Assembly: GCF_006345805.1 (NCBI RefSeq)
Contig: NC_042999.1
Location: 72,850,001-72,914,000 of the forward strand
Direction of reading: 5' to 3'
Origin: Octopus sinensis
Taxonomy: Eukaryota
DNA length: 64,000 bases
The translations under genes and the position numbers were made by a program. Of this stretch, positions 51,687 through 64,000 are shown piece by piece (the first letter of the stretch is position 1; each line of letters opens with the position of its first letter). The notes beneath the pieces are model-generated. The model saw only the letters and a program-made list of their open reading frames with translations, ran no database searches and was not told the origin of the DNA.

Positions 51687-53025
51687 TGTTATAATCCTTA
51701 AAATGTTGGATTATTATAGCGTCCACTTCAGTATACAGTATACTTAGTAAAACCAGTAAAGACAATTATCTCTGACCACCTACTGTGTACTCTGGTACTT
51801 CTCTTTACATATAGCGACGAAGTTATTTCATTCACGTGGGAGGGATGTACCATTATTACTAATTCCTTACAACATCTCCCCTTTTAAGTCTTTCTTAGGA
51901 AAAGTCATTTTATTTAGTAGTAATTTTTTTTATTTACTCCACTGCCCCTTTTTGAGTTTTTTTCCTGTACAATTTAATGTTTTGGTGCTTGGCATCTATT
52001 TTCAGGAACTCTGTATGTTTTCTTTTCCTCTCACTTATATACCTGGGTTCAATCACCTGCAGTGGTGTTGGTACTTGGAACGTATCATAAAACCATTCCA
52101 TCAGTTCCTCTAACTTTGGTTCACTTTCCACAAATCTCTTTTTCAGTTGGTTCCTGTGTCTCTTGTATGCCTTTTCTACTTTTTACCCAATACATCGTTG
52201 TTTTTCTCAATGTTCAGACACTTCCAACAGGTATTGAACAACAAGCTTTTTTCACTGAAAATTTGACACAATATATTCTGTTGTGTCATTAAAATTTATT
52301 TCCAAAGGTTTTCTTGGGAGTACGTTATTACTGTTGCATTCATGTTCTGTTGCCGCCAGTTTTCTCAAGACTAAGTGTATTTTCATCTTGTCCCAATCTT
52401 TACATTCTTTATCGAAGATTTGCTCATATCTTCTATAGTATGCTTCGAAGATAACTTCTTCGCCAGGTTCGTATTTGAATTGTTATGGAGTTCGCAGCAC
52501 AGTCTGCTGAGAACACTTTTTATGACTTTTCTAACAACTTCAGTAATTGCAGCATTTATTACTGTAATATTATTTGTTGTTGTTATTGCTTCTGTTGTTG
52601 CTCTTGCAGTTGTATCTGCTGCTGCTGTTGTTCTTTCAGTTGCTATTGTTGCAACTCAAGCAAACTAACCAACAAATTTTCCATAATTTTACGATTTTTT
52701 TCATAAAATTTGCACAACAAAACTTTGTTAGTTTATTGACTCCTCTTCTAGTTTCTATTAACTCCACGTGAATTGGTTAATCCTTGTCGAGTTTATTAAT
52801 TCCTCATGAGTTGTTTAAATCCTCATCGCCACAGTTATATCCTTAAAATGTTGGATTATTATAACGCCCACTTTTGTATACAGTATACTTAGTAAAACCA
52901 GTAAAGATACAACTATCTCTGACTGCCTACTATGTACACTGCTACTTCTCGTACTTATAGTGACTAGGTTATTCTAGTCGTCCTGTGGGAGCAGGGTGTA
53001 CCATTATTGCTAATTCCATTCAACA
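51687..53025 (-). mobile_element. Internally deleted Gypsy LTR retrotransposon (TRIM-like, 1.34 kb)
   Basis: ~190-bp LTRs at 51687-51874 (TGTT..AACA) and 52833-53025. PBS TGGCGATGAGGAT next to the 5' LTR and PPT aaaaggggaga before the 3' LTR. Gag remnant FKYEPGEEVIFEAYYRRYE..LRKL is fused to the pol tail HRNQLKKR..ERKRK. Confidence 0.88.
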
Positions 53026-53599
53026 TATAGTCCAACTATACCAATACGCCTTCCTTGTTAATACATCTTTCTTTTAGGAATTTGTGCCATTCTGATTACA
53101 GGTGTGTGTTTGTGTGATTTATCTCGGGTTGTACTTAACTTTTTGTTAAAATATTGGTTTTGATCTTACATCTTTGAATTCAAGTTAAGTAACTATGTAG
53201 ATGTTTTGATTCTTGTTTCTTAAAGGTACATCTAAGAAAGAAACTGTTTCTATACTTATTGAAGTTGACTGGTAACAAGTTTTGCACCTGTAGCATACTT
53301 AATTAATACTTGTCTGTATTTTATTGAAATACAAACACTGAAGACTTCTCAGAGGGAACCTAACAATCAATAATAATCATTCAATATTTAGTGTGAACTT
53401 GAGGAAAAGTGCACATTAAATGTGAAAATGGCTCAATATCAAAATTATTGTTTGATGCATATGCTAAATATAGCTTTTAGTTTTGTCATGAAAATAGATA
53501 AATCAAGCTGACAGATACAATAAGTTGAAGCAGTATTTTAGTTGATTTCAGTTCCTTGGAAGAGGAAATGTGATGTGGTCAAGTGGATAAAGTATTGAA

Positions 53600-53900
53600 T
53601 TGTCTGTTTGTAGGTCATCAGTATTTCTAAGAAAAGGCCATTATTCTTCAATACCTCAGAATTTTTATTCTACTTCTGCTCTTGGATGTATGAAACCTGA
53701 TGGTTTGGGGGTAGACTTCTTATTCCACTTCATGTCATATAACTGGAGCCATTTTCCAGCTCTTGTAAGCACAGAGATGATTGTTTTAGCAGATGGTGGA
53801 GACAATAAGGAGAGAGGTAATTTTCTGCAGACCTGTCTGAACCAAGCCTGATGTACAATTGTGGTAGAGAAGATGAACAACGAGGGTTTTACTCTTATTA
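53600..53900 (-). pseudogene. Possible Penelope-like N-terminal ORF remnant
   Basis: Fragment QLYDMKWNKKSTP resembles the Penelope N-terminal region; weak. Confidence 0.25.
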
Positions 53901-55087
53901 AACTTGAGACTTTTGTTTTTGATTATATTTAACTACAATTTATAGAAAATTGAACATGAAATACAGAAGCAAATGAAGTGGGAAATACTCATATGAGTAA
54001 GCTTGTGCTTCTGATGTTGATCTTGACATGAAAATGAAAACAACCTAATATTGATTCTCATAATAGATCAAACTTGCTACATGTTCTATTTTAGCTATAA
54101 CAACATTGGGATAGTACCAGCTCCTGTCTCTTCCTCAGCCATTATAGCCATAGTCACATACATATACTACTTTACATATAGTTTATCAATTCCTTGTTAT
54201 TTTTGCCTGGAAATGTTGCAGTCTTTTGTTTATTCATTATTGAGAGGTTTCTTCTTGTGTTTCGTAGTCATAGTCAATACACTGCCTATTTCACATCATA
54301 TGTAATTCCTGGTTGTTGAAGAATGATTGTTTACATTATTTGGTGCAGTACGTAACTACTGTAGAGTAGCTAATGATTATACATTAATTCTGCCTGCAGT
54401 TTCAGTGATGAATATCATTGACTTTTGAGGCATAATCTTTATTTTTTTTTTATGTCCTAATACTAAAGTTGGCTAGCAGCTCTTACAGATAAAAGTAGAT
54501 CCAGTTATGCTTTTGTTGATATTGTTTTTCCTGTTTTAGAGTTTATACAGCTCTTGGTTTGAATTGAAATAACTAATACAATTTGATCTGTTTTCTATAT
54601 TCATTCTGGATGGGGACTGAAATAATAATCCACATTTCTATCTTGAAGTCTGTTTAAATTCGGCAACTTGTTTTTTTCCTCTTCCTGTCCTTAACCTTAA
54701 TTTTTTTCATTGGTAAATTTATTAATCACATGTACATGTCCTTACCATAACATACTCAAAGAGTGAAGAAAGCTGGTGTCAGGGTTATCAATAAGGTCGT
54801 CTGCAAGATCTGGTTATCAACAATGTTTTTGTGCAAGCATTCTTTCTTTATTTCTCCGTTAGAGTCCATTGTTATATTTTGAAAATTGTTCAGTTATACA
54901 ACACAGAAAGAACCTATTCTTGTGAATTGATATTATTATCTTCTTATGTTAGAATATTGAAAATATAATCAGATTCATGTCCACACAAAACATCACTAGC
55001 CTACCAGTTCTTGTGACTATTAACAGAATTTGCTATGCTACTTTGAGTACTATTATTGTAGCAAAAGATAAGGCTGCTGCTGCTGCT

Positions 55088-55106
55088 ATTATTATCATCA
55101 TCATCA

Positions 55107-55152
<46 letters not shown>

Positions 55153-55168
55153 GATTATTATTATTATC

Positions 55169-55207
<39 letters not shown>

Positions 55208-55234
55208 GTTATCGTTATTATTATTATTATTATT
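55088..55234. repeat. Compound (ATT/ATC/GTT)n microsatellite
   Basis: Directly visible trinucleotide array. Confidence 0.95.
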
Positions 55235-55826
55235 GAGTGAGAGAGCAGTGCATACCATCAAAGTGATACTGGGGTAAAATATACGAAGCCCAGTATACCC
55301 ATCATGACTACCCGTCTGATAAGGGTACACTAGGCACATGCATCACAACCATATGTGCGCGACATGGTGATCTCATATCAAAATAAACAGCACATGACCT
55401 TGCAGGTGGGGCCCAGTTAGAATTTTCTTCAGGTCGAGTAACCCATCCCACTCGAAAGGTCCCTGAATAAGGGTTGTTTAAGGATGTTGAACGAAACATC
55501 CATGTTTCCAGAGGTGAATTATTCAAACCCCAAAGAATCCCTCTCAACACATGGCTATGATGCTCCCCCACTACTTCTGCTCGTGATCAGAGATGCACAT
55601 ATTGTCAGCCACTAAGAGACATGCTCAACTGGTTAAAGTCAAACAACTTACAAGCAAATCTGTGGTATTGAGCAGAATATTTGCTGTAGCCCATCTTTTA
55701 TACCAAGACAAAACAATGTACATGATAACACTTCCAATCAGTTAAGATCAGAAGCCATGAGAGCCACTGCCTGGTACTGCATCAGGGCATAGGTACTGCA
55801 TCAGGGCATCATTGGTACTGCATCAG
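55235..55826 (-). mobile_element. Longer copy of the (TAA)n-embedded retroelement
   Basis: Matches 9669-10133 and extends about 125 bp further 5'; flanked by (ATT)n on both sides. Confidence 0.7.
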
Positions 55827-56296
<470 letters not shown>

Positions 56297-56849
56297 TTTG
56301 AGCTGTTCTGATTGTAAACACCACCATTATGTACATTTTCATCAGTTTTCATAATTTTTTCTGACAATATTTGGAATTTTTATTGTTATACGTCTAAGAC
56401 ATTCCCAGAAAAAGAAAGTTTATTTTGTATATCTCTTAATTAGGAAAGGTGATGGTTGTGGCATAGTTACTTTTACCTTTTGTCTGCAGTCAATGGACAG
56501 ATATTTTTATTTAAAAAATGTTAAATCTAAGTTTTGAAGAGGGAGGAGCACTGGTAACAGTAATGCTAAAGCAATTGTCTATATTTCAAATTTTGCTTGT
56601 TAATATGAAAAATTGATTTTTATTCTAAGAGTTTTTGGACAAATAAAATAATAACTGTATAGATGTGAACTCTGACAACACTAGTATAACTGGTGCAACA
56701 TAGCAGTGAAGTTGAAAATGACACTAGTATAAATAACAATGGTAACAACAACAATAAATACAACAGTAAAAACAACTCCAACAATAGTAATAACAACAAG
56801 ATGTAAAATTGAACAAGATCATTATAAAATGGATATGGGTTAGTGAAAC

Positions 56850-57420
56850 ATCAGAGCTATGATAGCTTGGGGAACAATTCTGAGCATTGGTGAGAGCAGT
56901 CTGAAAAGTTTCTCCTGGAGGAGTTTCTGTTTCAGTATTATGAATGGCTTCTAAAAGTTCTCGGCAAGTGCTACTGAGTGTTGTTGTCATTCTGTGATAA
57001 ATTCTTTTGGTTCAACTGTTGATTAATCCTGTCTGTGATGCAGGATGACAAAGCCATTCTGCTTGCATTTGTTTCTGCTATTTGCACATTACTAATGTAT
57101 GGAATTACAGTAAACACTCATTATTGTCTCTAGCACTGATTTAGCTTTCTGTCTAGTGCATCATAAAGAATGCTTCACTATCTTGCTTTAAGAAGGGCTG
57201 CCAGTTTTCCTTTATCTAGTGGCTCTGGCAAAAGAGATTGTGTGGTGGATAAGACTGTGAAGACCGAAAACTGTCACCAACATGTTTTTCAACAACCAAT
57301 TTGAAAAGGAATGTGTGAGCAGAGAGAGAAGTGCCACCCTCTAGCAAATTTGCTGAAAAGCAAGTGTGAGTGGCAACCGTTTGTGTGGTTGGATGGTTCC
57401 AGTGCTCAAGGGAGATTTAA
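56850..57420 (-). pseudogene. Possible Penelope-like RT N-terminal remnant
   Basis: Fragments KQNGFVIL...NQQLNQK weakly resemble the KADKG-VIL region; many stops. Confidence 0.3.
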
Positions 57421-58573
57421 GGATTTGTGGAGATGTTCTATTTTGTCCTAAGTGATTGTTTCCATTTGGCACATTATACATTTTACATATTTTGATCTTT
57501 TTAATATATATATTTTTTTTCTTTTCAATACACACACACACACATACACATGTTATGAACCCCCATTGGACTTACATATCATTTTGTTTGTGTATCCAAA
57601 GATGATGGGTCGAAGAATCTGTAGAGGGTTGGACAAAAATGTCTTGTACATTTCTTCATATTCTCAGTTCAGATCTCTCTGGGGTAGACTTTCATGCTTC
57701 CTCAGTCCATGAAATTCACTACAGTCTATGAACCAAATGTGTAGCCATGTAACTATATTAGGAATCATTAAATTGACTGCATTCTTACTCAAAAATTTAT
57801 GGCCAGTGTTAGAAAGTATAGACTGTATAAATTCTGACAACATAGTTGATTTCTTGGTAAAATATTGTCGTAGGATTTATAAGTCTTGAGACTAAAATGA
57901 GTATTTTGGTAGACTAGTAATACGAGATTGGTGTGCCAGTCCTAGTAGTACAAGAATGTATTGTTGCAACATTTTTACAACTGAATAATAATCAGTTGAT
58001 AAGTCTTGCATTAATTTTCTATGTCAGTTTGATTATGTTATGCTGCTTGCAGAAATTCCTTCTTCAGTTGTCTATTCAATGTCAATTTTCCACTAAGGCC
58101 TAACTTGAAGAAAATAAATTGATTTAACTTTTACTATAGTTATTATCATACTGCATAGCTATCAAATCAATATTTGATTGTTATACAGTGTAATACTTCC
58201 AATACATCTCAGTTCATAAATTAACTCCTTCCAGGATTCAATGTTGTTATTCATTCCTGTAAGGTTGATAAAATAAAACAGTAATAATATGCTTGGGTCA
58301 GTCATTTCTGTCAAATATTAGCTGTACTTGTTGCTTTCAATAGTTGACTGAGTACCTAATCGTAACTTGGCTGAGCAACTAAGACACAACATTTAACTTG
58401 TAATGTGGTTTTTAGAATAGGCACACTATACTCTTACAAGTCATAAGAGATAACTAAAACAAATGGTATCAAGAAAGACATCCAGCTATAATTCATTATC
58501 TCAGAAAGTCCCCTCTAACTCTTGCTACCATGGAAAATTAAATGTAAAGTAATTGTGGAGAACATTTTTTTAG

Positions 58574-59968
58574 GTATGGATTATATGTGGAACAAATGAA
58601 AGTGAACAAGAATGTGGGATATTTTGAACAAGTTGAGATGTCATCTGTTGGTGGACATAGCACCTTTGTAAAAAACAGTCAAAAAGTAGTTTTTAGAACA
58701 CCTGGAAACAGAATATTAATTCTGAGGATGTTATAATGTAAAATAGAAGGAAATAAGTGATTATATTCTGGATAGAGTATGTTGTTGTTAACTGGTAGAA
58801 TTTTAGAGCATTGGTAAAATACTTTGCAGCATTTGTTCTGGCTCTTTATGTTCTGAGTTCAAATCTCACCAAGGTCAACTTTGCCTTTCACCCTTTTGGC
58901 ATTGATAAAATAAAGTACCAGTCTAATATGGGTCAAATGCAACCAACTAGCATCTCTCTCTAAAATTACTGGCCCTGTGCCAAAATTTGAAACAAGTATT
59001 TTGTGGTGTGTGTGTGAGTGTGTGTGTAAAAAATTTATAAAAAAATATAAGCAATTTCCAGATTGGTTTCATTATATTTCAAAAGGCTTCTTTAATGCTC
59101 TTTGCCACACATATAACACAGTGCCAATGGCAGGATGTGAACTAATGACCATTTAACAGGCAGTTTGATACACTTTTAATCTAGACAGCTACGGTTATGA
59201 ACTCCCTTTAAACATCCAACCCTTTTGTTACTAACCCAGCCAAAACCGGCTCTGGCTCTGTGGTAAAATGTCTTGTTTTCATAAGTTTTGAATTAAAATA
59301 TTCCACCAAGCCTTAGTCACAATTTACGTTCCTAACACTAGATTAATGATAACTAAGTTATTTTACTAAATTCTTTGTTATTTTAAAAATAATTGAAAGA
59401 AACACAGAGCATCTCAAAATAAATACAGTAACAAAAGGGTTAATGTTTCATTATATATTTTTTCTTTATATTATATTACATCATTTTCTCTTCTATGGGT
59501 GGGATTGTTTGGCAAATTTAGCTAATGTATTTTTATCTGGATACCCTTTAAACAGTAAAATTATTAACCATCCATTCTAAAATATCAGCAGCAGCTATGT
59601 TTTTTTAGGATCAAGATACGTTAAATAATGTTGCTTGTTTTATGGATTGCAACTCAGCGGGTGTAATAATTTTTGTAATAATCATTGTGCCAGTATCCTT
59701 ATGACTCATACAGATATATCCTTAAATTTTGGCCTAAGATAAATTTCTAATAAAAATTCATCTGAAAAAAATTCTCATTCTCACAATATTATAGTAATGT
59801 CTTGTTTGCCAAATGTTTTAAAAATAAACATTTTTATTTGTATATTTTCATTGTTTTTCTGTAATAAATCAAAGTAGTTGTTATAGGCTGCAACCTAATG
59901 GGGCTACCAGATTATTGCGTTTCACTGAGTTCACTGTTTTTAAATATTAACTTTAAGGAATGTTTAAG
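58574..59968 (+). CDS. Candidate internal exons 58574-58685, 59609-59660 and 59887-59968 (unidentified protein)
   Basis: Each follows a pyrimidine-AG and is open, and phases chain 2-0, 0-1, 1-2: YGLYVEQMKVNKNVGYFEQVEMSSVGGHSTFVKNSQK / DQDTLNNVACFMDCNSA / GCNLMGLPDYCVSLSSLFLNINFKECL. Donors are non-optimal. Confidence 0.3.
59220..59439. mobile_element. piggyBac-type MITE family 2 (inverted copy)
   Basis: CCCTTTTGTTAC ... GTAACAAAAGGG|TTAA; the interior is the reverse complement of 35235-35432. Confidence 0.78.
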
Positions 59969-60640
59969 GTTTGTTGCACAAACCATTTATTTCTATTTAA
60001 TACCAGAGTTTAGGTTCACTGGATTAGAGGAATAAGTTTAATGAGTAAATTTGAGTAAAGATAATAGAGATAGTGTTACAAAAGTGCAAATAATGAAACA
60101 AAGAAAAGAGTGAGCAAGGGGTTGGATATTCCTGTTCTTTAAATAGTGTAAGAGGATATTTTGTTTTAGAAAAGTCTTACAATTCCAGGCACTTTTATTT
60201 TAATTTTGATTATATTTGGAAAAAAAAACAAAAGACCAACTGCAAATAATTTGCTAGAAGTATTTTCCATGAAAGAATTATGTGAAAGGAAAAATCAATA
60301 TGTTGTCATGCATGCATGCAATGAGGTACACACATACACATGCATGCATAAACATGCTATCTGTATTGTTTTCATTAAGAGTAATTTGAGAAAAGGAAAG
60401 CACCCTCACTGATCCATTGTTTACCATTTTGCTGTGTAATGAGGTTTTTAAGCCTGCACTGTCATTCATTGACATGTCCATTAGAAATTACTCATGTTGT
60501 GGCAGGCTGAACTGAGAAACTTTTCCAGGGAGAGAGAGAGAGTAAATAAAAAATAATATAAAGTGTTAGTTTATTCAAATTTGATTTCTATGATAATCAG
60601 TTATTTATTTTACTCAGTGCTAAAGTATCTTATGCATTAA

Positions 60641-60861
60641 CCCTTTAGTGTTCGCATTATTCTGCCAAAATTAATGCTTCTTCATCTACATTGTTTTGAA
60701 TTAATCATGCATTATCTTGTAGTGATGAGATTTTGATGAGGTAGCTGTTAATTTTTAAAACAATATTGTAGGGTTGGTGTGAGAGACCAGATCTGGCCAG
60801 TTTGAACATAAAACAGGCAGAATATTTTTGGCTGGATATGGCCGGTTTAAATGCTAAAGGA
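60641..60861. mobile_element. piggyBac-type MITE family 1
   Basis: TTAA|CCCTTTAG ... ATGCTAAAGGA|TTAA; homologous to 33967-34187. Confidence 0.78.
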
Positions 60862-61965
60862 TTAAACCTTAAAAAATCACAAGAATAAGTATTTACTTCC
60901 TCCCCCTATAAATGGAGTAAAACTGAGTCAGCTGTTTGATCTTTTGTACGTGGCAAGATGATCAACTTCAAGGAAGAAAGAAATGGAAGTTGTGGTGTTT
61001 AGCCCCTTCCCTGGAATATTTGTTGTGTAAATGAAGAGAAATAACTCCAACCTAGATTTGAAATTGACTTCCTTGCAAGTACATGTCTCAGTTTTACTCC
61101 ATTTACAGGGGAAGCACCAAGTAACATAATGGTTACTCATATCTTAGCGATATTTCATTGAGTGAAATAAATAATTGATTGTCAACAATAGTGATATACT
61201 GTGCTTGAGAAGGCCTGTCAAGCCAAGTGAGATCATAGTCATGGCCGATGCTGGTGTTACATAACTTGTATACATGCTGGTGGCATATGAAAAGCATCCA
61301 CTACACTCTTGGAGTGGTTAGTGTTAGGAAGGGCCAAATCAGGTTGGAACCTGGTGCAGCTCCCCAGCTTTCAGTCAAACCTCTTACTGCTACCAAAGGG
61401 ATGTAATATTTCTAAAGTTTTCATTCATCTTTATCTAATCATAATATATCCACTGTAATTTACATATTAGTTTTAATTAGTACCATATTATTGTAGAGTG
61501 TATAATTGTAGAAAGTTTAGCTTGTGACCATTTGGCTCAGAGCCCACTACCACTGTATGACACTTTGGGCAAGTAGCTTCCACTGTAGCCTTGTGAGAGA
61601 GACATTTGGCAAGTGGACACTGCAGAAGTCCATAATGTATGTGTGAGCATGTGCGTGCTTGCATGCGTACACACACACACGCACACACACACGCACGCAC
61701 GCACACGCGCGCACACACACAAGTGTGGCTGTGTGGTTAAGAAATTTGTGAGAGTGTGAAAGGAGAGTGGGAGATAATGAGGAAAAGAATTTAGTGTAAA
61801 CACAGGTGGAGTGGGGTGTTAGGAAGATGAGTTATGGGGGAGAGATCTGTCAGTGACAGATTGTATGCTGATAAGTTCCTGTAAGTTCATTATGGTGTAA
61901 AAGGATATATATATATATATATATATATTGCCACCTACACTTATAAATATATATATATATATATA

Positions 61966-62803
61966 GGTTATAAAATGAGATAGGGGTTGAAAATTCAACC
62001 CACCATGGGATAATATATATCCAATATACTGCTAGATAGGTACCCAACAAAATTAATACATAGATGTTAAAAATTGTCAAACAATCAGTTCATCTATTGC
62101 ATTATATGGGTAAAGGTAATAATATTACCGTAAATTAATACTACAAAATTAGAGAATGGAGAAATATACTTAAATCAGTAAAACATCAACTATCCGATGA
62201 TACTCAATCCATACTTTAATACACCATTACATATGAGTAAAGGCAATACATAAAATGAAATGAGATATACAGTAATAGTAAAAAGATAAAGAGATATAAG
62301 TAAAAAATTTTCAAATATAATATGCAAATAAATCAAAACTGACAGCTGTTTCGGCAGTGAGGACAGTCATACCTCATTTAACCTATAAGCCATAAAGGCA
62401 GGTATAAATGAGGCATTAACAAGGATGCCCCACGGCCTCTTCAGAGAATTAAATTAAATTTGTTATAATAGTGAAAAATATTATACAATCATATACATAT
62501 AAATATAAAAATATAAAAATGTAAAATATAAAAACTTATACATCATAAAGCTACACTTATATAATATAATACACATTTGTACAAAAAAGGAAGGTAAACA
62601 GAACAAAATAAAACAAAATATATAATAGTGTATATATTAATATCAATAAGTACCGATATTATACATATTTGGCTAATAGTTTTTTTTATATATATAAAAA
62701 AAAAAAAAAAAAAAGGCTAACATATATGGAGATGAAAAATAATAATTAAATCCGTGGTACAGTTCATAAGATTCTAAAGCTATAAAAGTTAATAAAAATT
62801 ACT

Positions 62804-62852
<49 letters not shown>

Positions 62853-63760
62853 TATAATAAAAAATAGATACAGTTAAGTTAGCACCAAGTCCATCCTTAC
62901 AAGATCGAAATAACTATGAGTTAAGAAATGCTGACCACTAGGTAAAGAAAATATAGATTAATTCGATTGGCTATTGGTTTGAAATTTAAATCACAAAAGA
63001 AAATTATACGGTTGGTTAGTCAGGGAACGCCAATATTCACATACGCATCTACAGATCAATCGCACATACACACATAGTAATATGTATATGCATACACTTA
63101 TACACATACATAATTACAAGCAACAACTAGCACATAGATAAACAAAAAGGGAAGCAACTATGCTACAATTTAGTCCTTCAAAATTATAATTGTGCCTCAA
63201 TAATAAAAGAAGAACCATCCATGCATTCCATAAAATATTTAATTTAGATATAAATATATTTCTAAATATCAGTATGTTACTAAGTCAGATACTTATTTCA
63301 TGGGTAACTTAAAATTTATAACACCGGTTTGTTGCAGAGTAAAACATACGGTTGTTAGATTTATCGTGAGTTTGTTATGGTTTTAAGTACGCTAAATTAT
63401 AAAATATAAAATATAAAATATATATTAATTTAAATATTATAAATAAGTCACTTATTAACTTAATAAATGGGGCATCCTTGTTAATGCCTCATTTATACCT
63501 GCCTTTATGGCTTATAGGTTAAATGAGGTATGACTGTCCTCACTGCCGAAACAGCTGTCAGTTTTGATTTATTTGCATATTATATTTGAAAATTTTTTAC
63601 TTATATCTCTTTATCTTTTTACTATTACTGTATATCTCATTTCATTTTATGTATTGCCTTTACTCATATGTAATGGTGTATTAAAGTATGGATTGAGTAT
63701 CATCGGATAGTTGATGTTTTACTGATTTAAGTATATTTCTCCATTCTCTAATTTTGTAGT
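61966..63760 (-). mobile_element. Non-coding Penelope-like element with inverted partial terminal repeat
   Basis: 293-bp inverted arms 62140-62432 / 63468-63760 and a hammerhead core in the left unit; no ORF. The left boundary is approximate. Confidence 0.6.
62325..62446 (-). ncRNA. Type I hammerhead ribozyme (minimal stem III, extended stem II)
   Basis: - strand reads ct CTGAAGA GGC cGTGGGG...CCTCACt GCC GAA ACAGCTGT C ag: canonical core, G10.1-C11.1 pair, palindromic stem III and GUC site (cleavage between 62341 and 62340). Stem I is weak. Confidence 0.72.
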
Positions 63761-64000
63761 TATATATATATATACATACGCATACACACATACTCATGTG
63801 TGGGTGTATGTTTGTCCTCACACTGCTTTACTACCAGTGTTGTTATAATGGTTCAGCAAAAGACACTTATAGACCAGACATAAAAAGCAATAAGTAACAG
63901 TGCAATGACTGAAACAAGTAAGAAGACAAAAACAGAAACGAATGTCATTTTTCTTCTTCATTCTTGTGTTGCCTATTGGAGTCCATGAAATAAATAGCAA

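Noticed and set aside
52375-52771. Hydrophobic + strand ORFs resembling membrane proteins
   Set aside because: They are antisense readings of the CAG/CAA-rich gag remnant of the LTR element.
55740-55826. U2 snRNA similarity (cctggtactgca)
   Set aside because: Only about 12 nt resemble the U2 3' region; there is no Sm site or branch-point recognition sequence.

Overview
AT-rich, repeat-dense animal genomic DNA. The SINE, RTE and Penelope families resemble those I associate with octopod cephalopods (Octopus); this taxon call is an inference. There are no long intact ORFs: almost every entry in the ORF track is a decayed transposon fragment, its antisense reading, or a microsatellite translation. 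Supportable content includes RTE LINE fragments and RTE-tailed SINEs, tRNA-head SINEs, Tc1/mariner remnants, two Helitrons, TTAA-flanked piggyBac-type MITEs, an AATT-flanked MITE, and a hAT (SPIN/GTF2IRD2-like) element with an 8-bp TSD. There is also an internally deleted Gypsy LTR element with PBS and PPT, and several Penelope-like remnants. The most striking signals are two hammerhead-ribozyme folds in Penelope-type inverted repeats. One has a canonical CUGAAGA core (62.3-62.4 kb) next to a 293-bp perfect inverted repeat; the other (10.3 kb) has a swapped G3-C8 core. A CpG-retaining, promoter-like interval at about 25-29.6 kb carries three YY1-type ATGGCGG motifs and a foldback element. Short, phase-compatible candidate exons run away from it on both strands, but I could not identify the proteins, so these gene models are low confidence.
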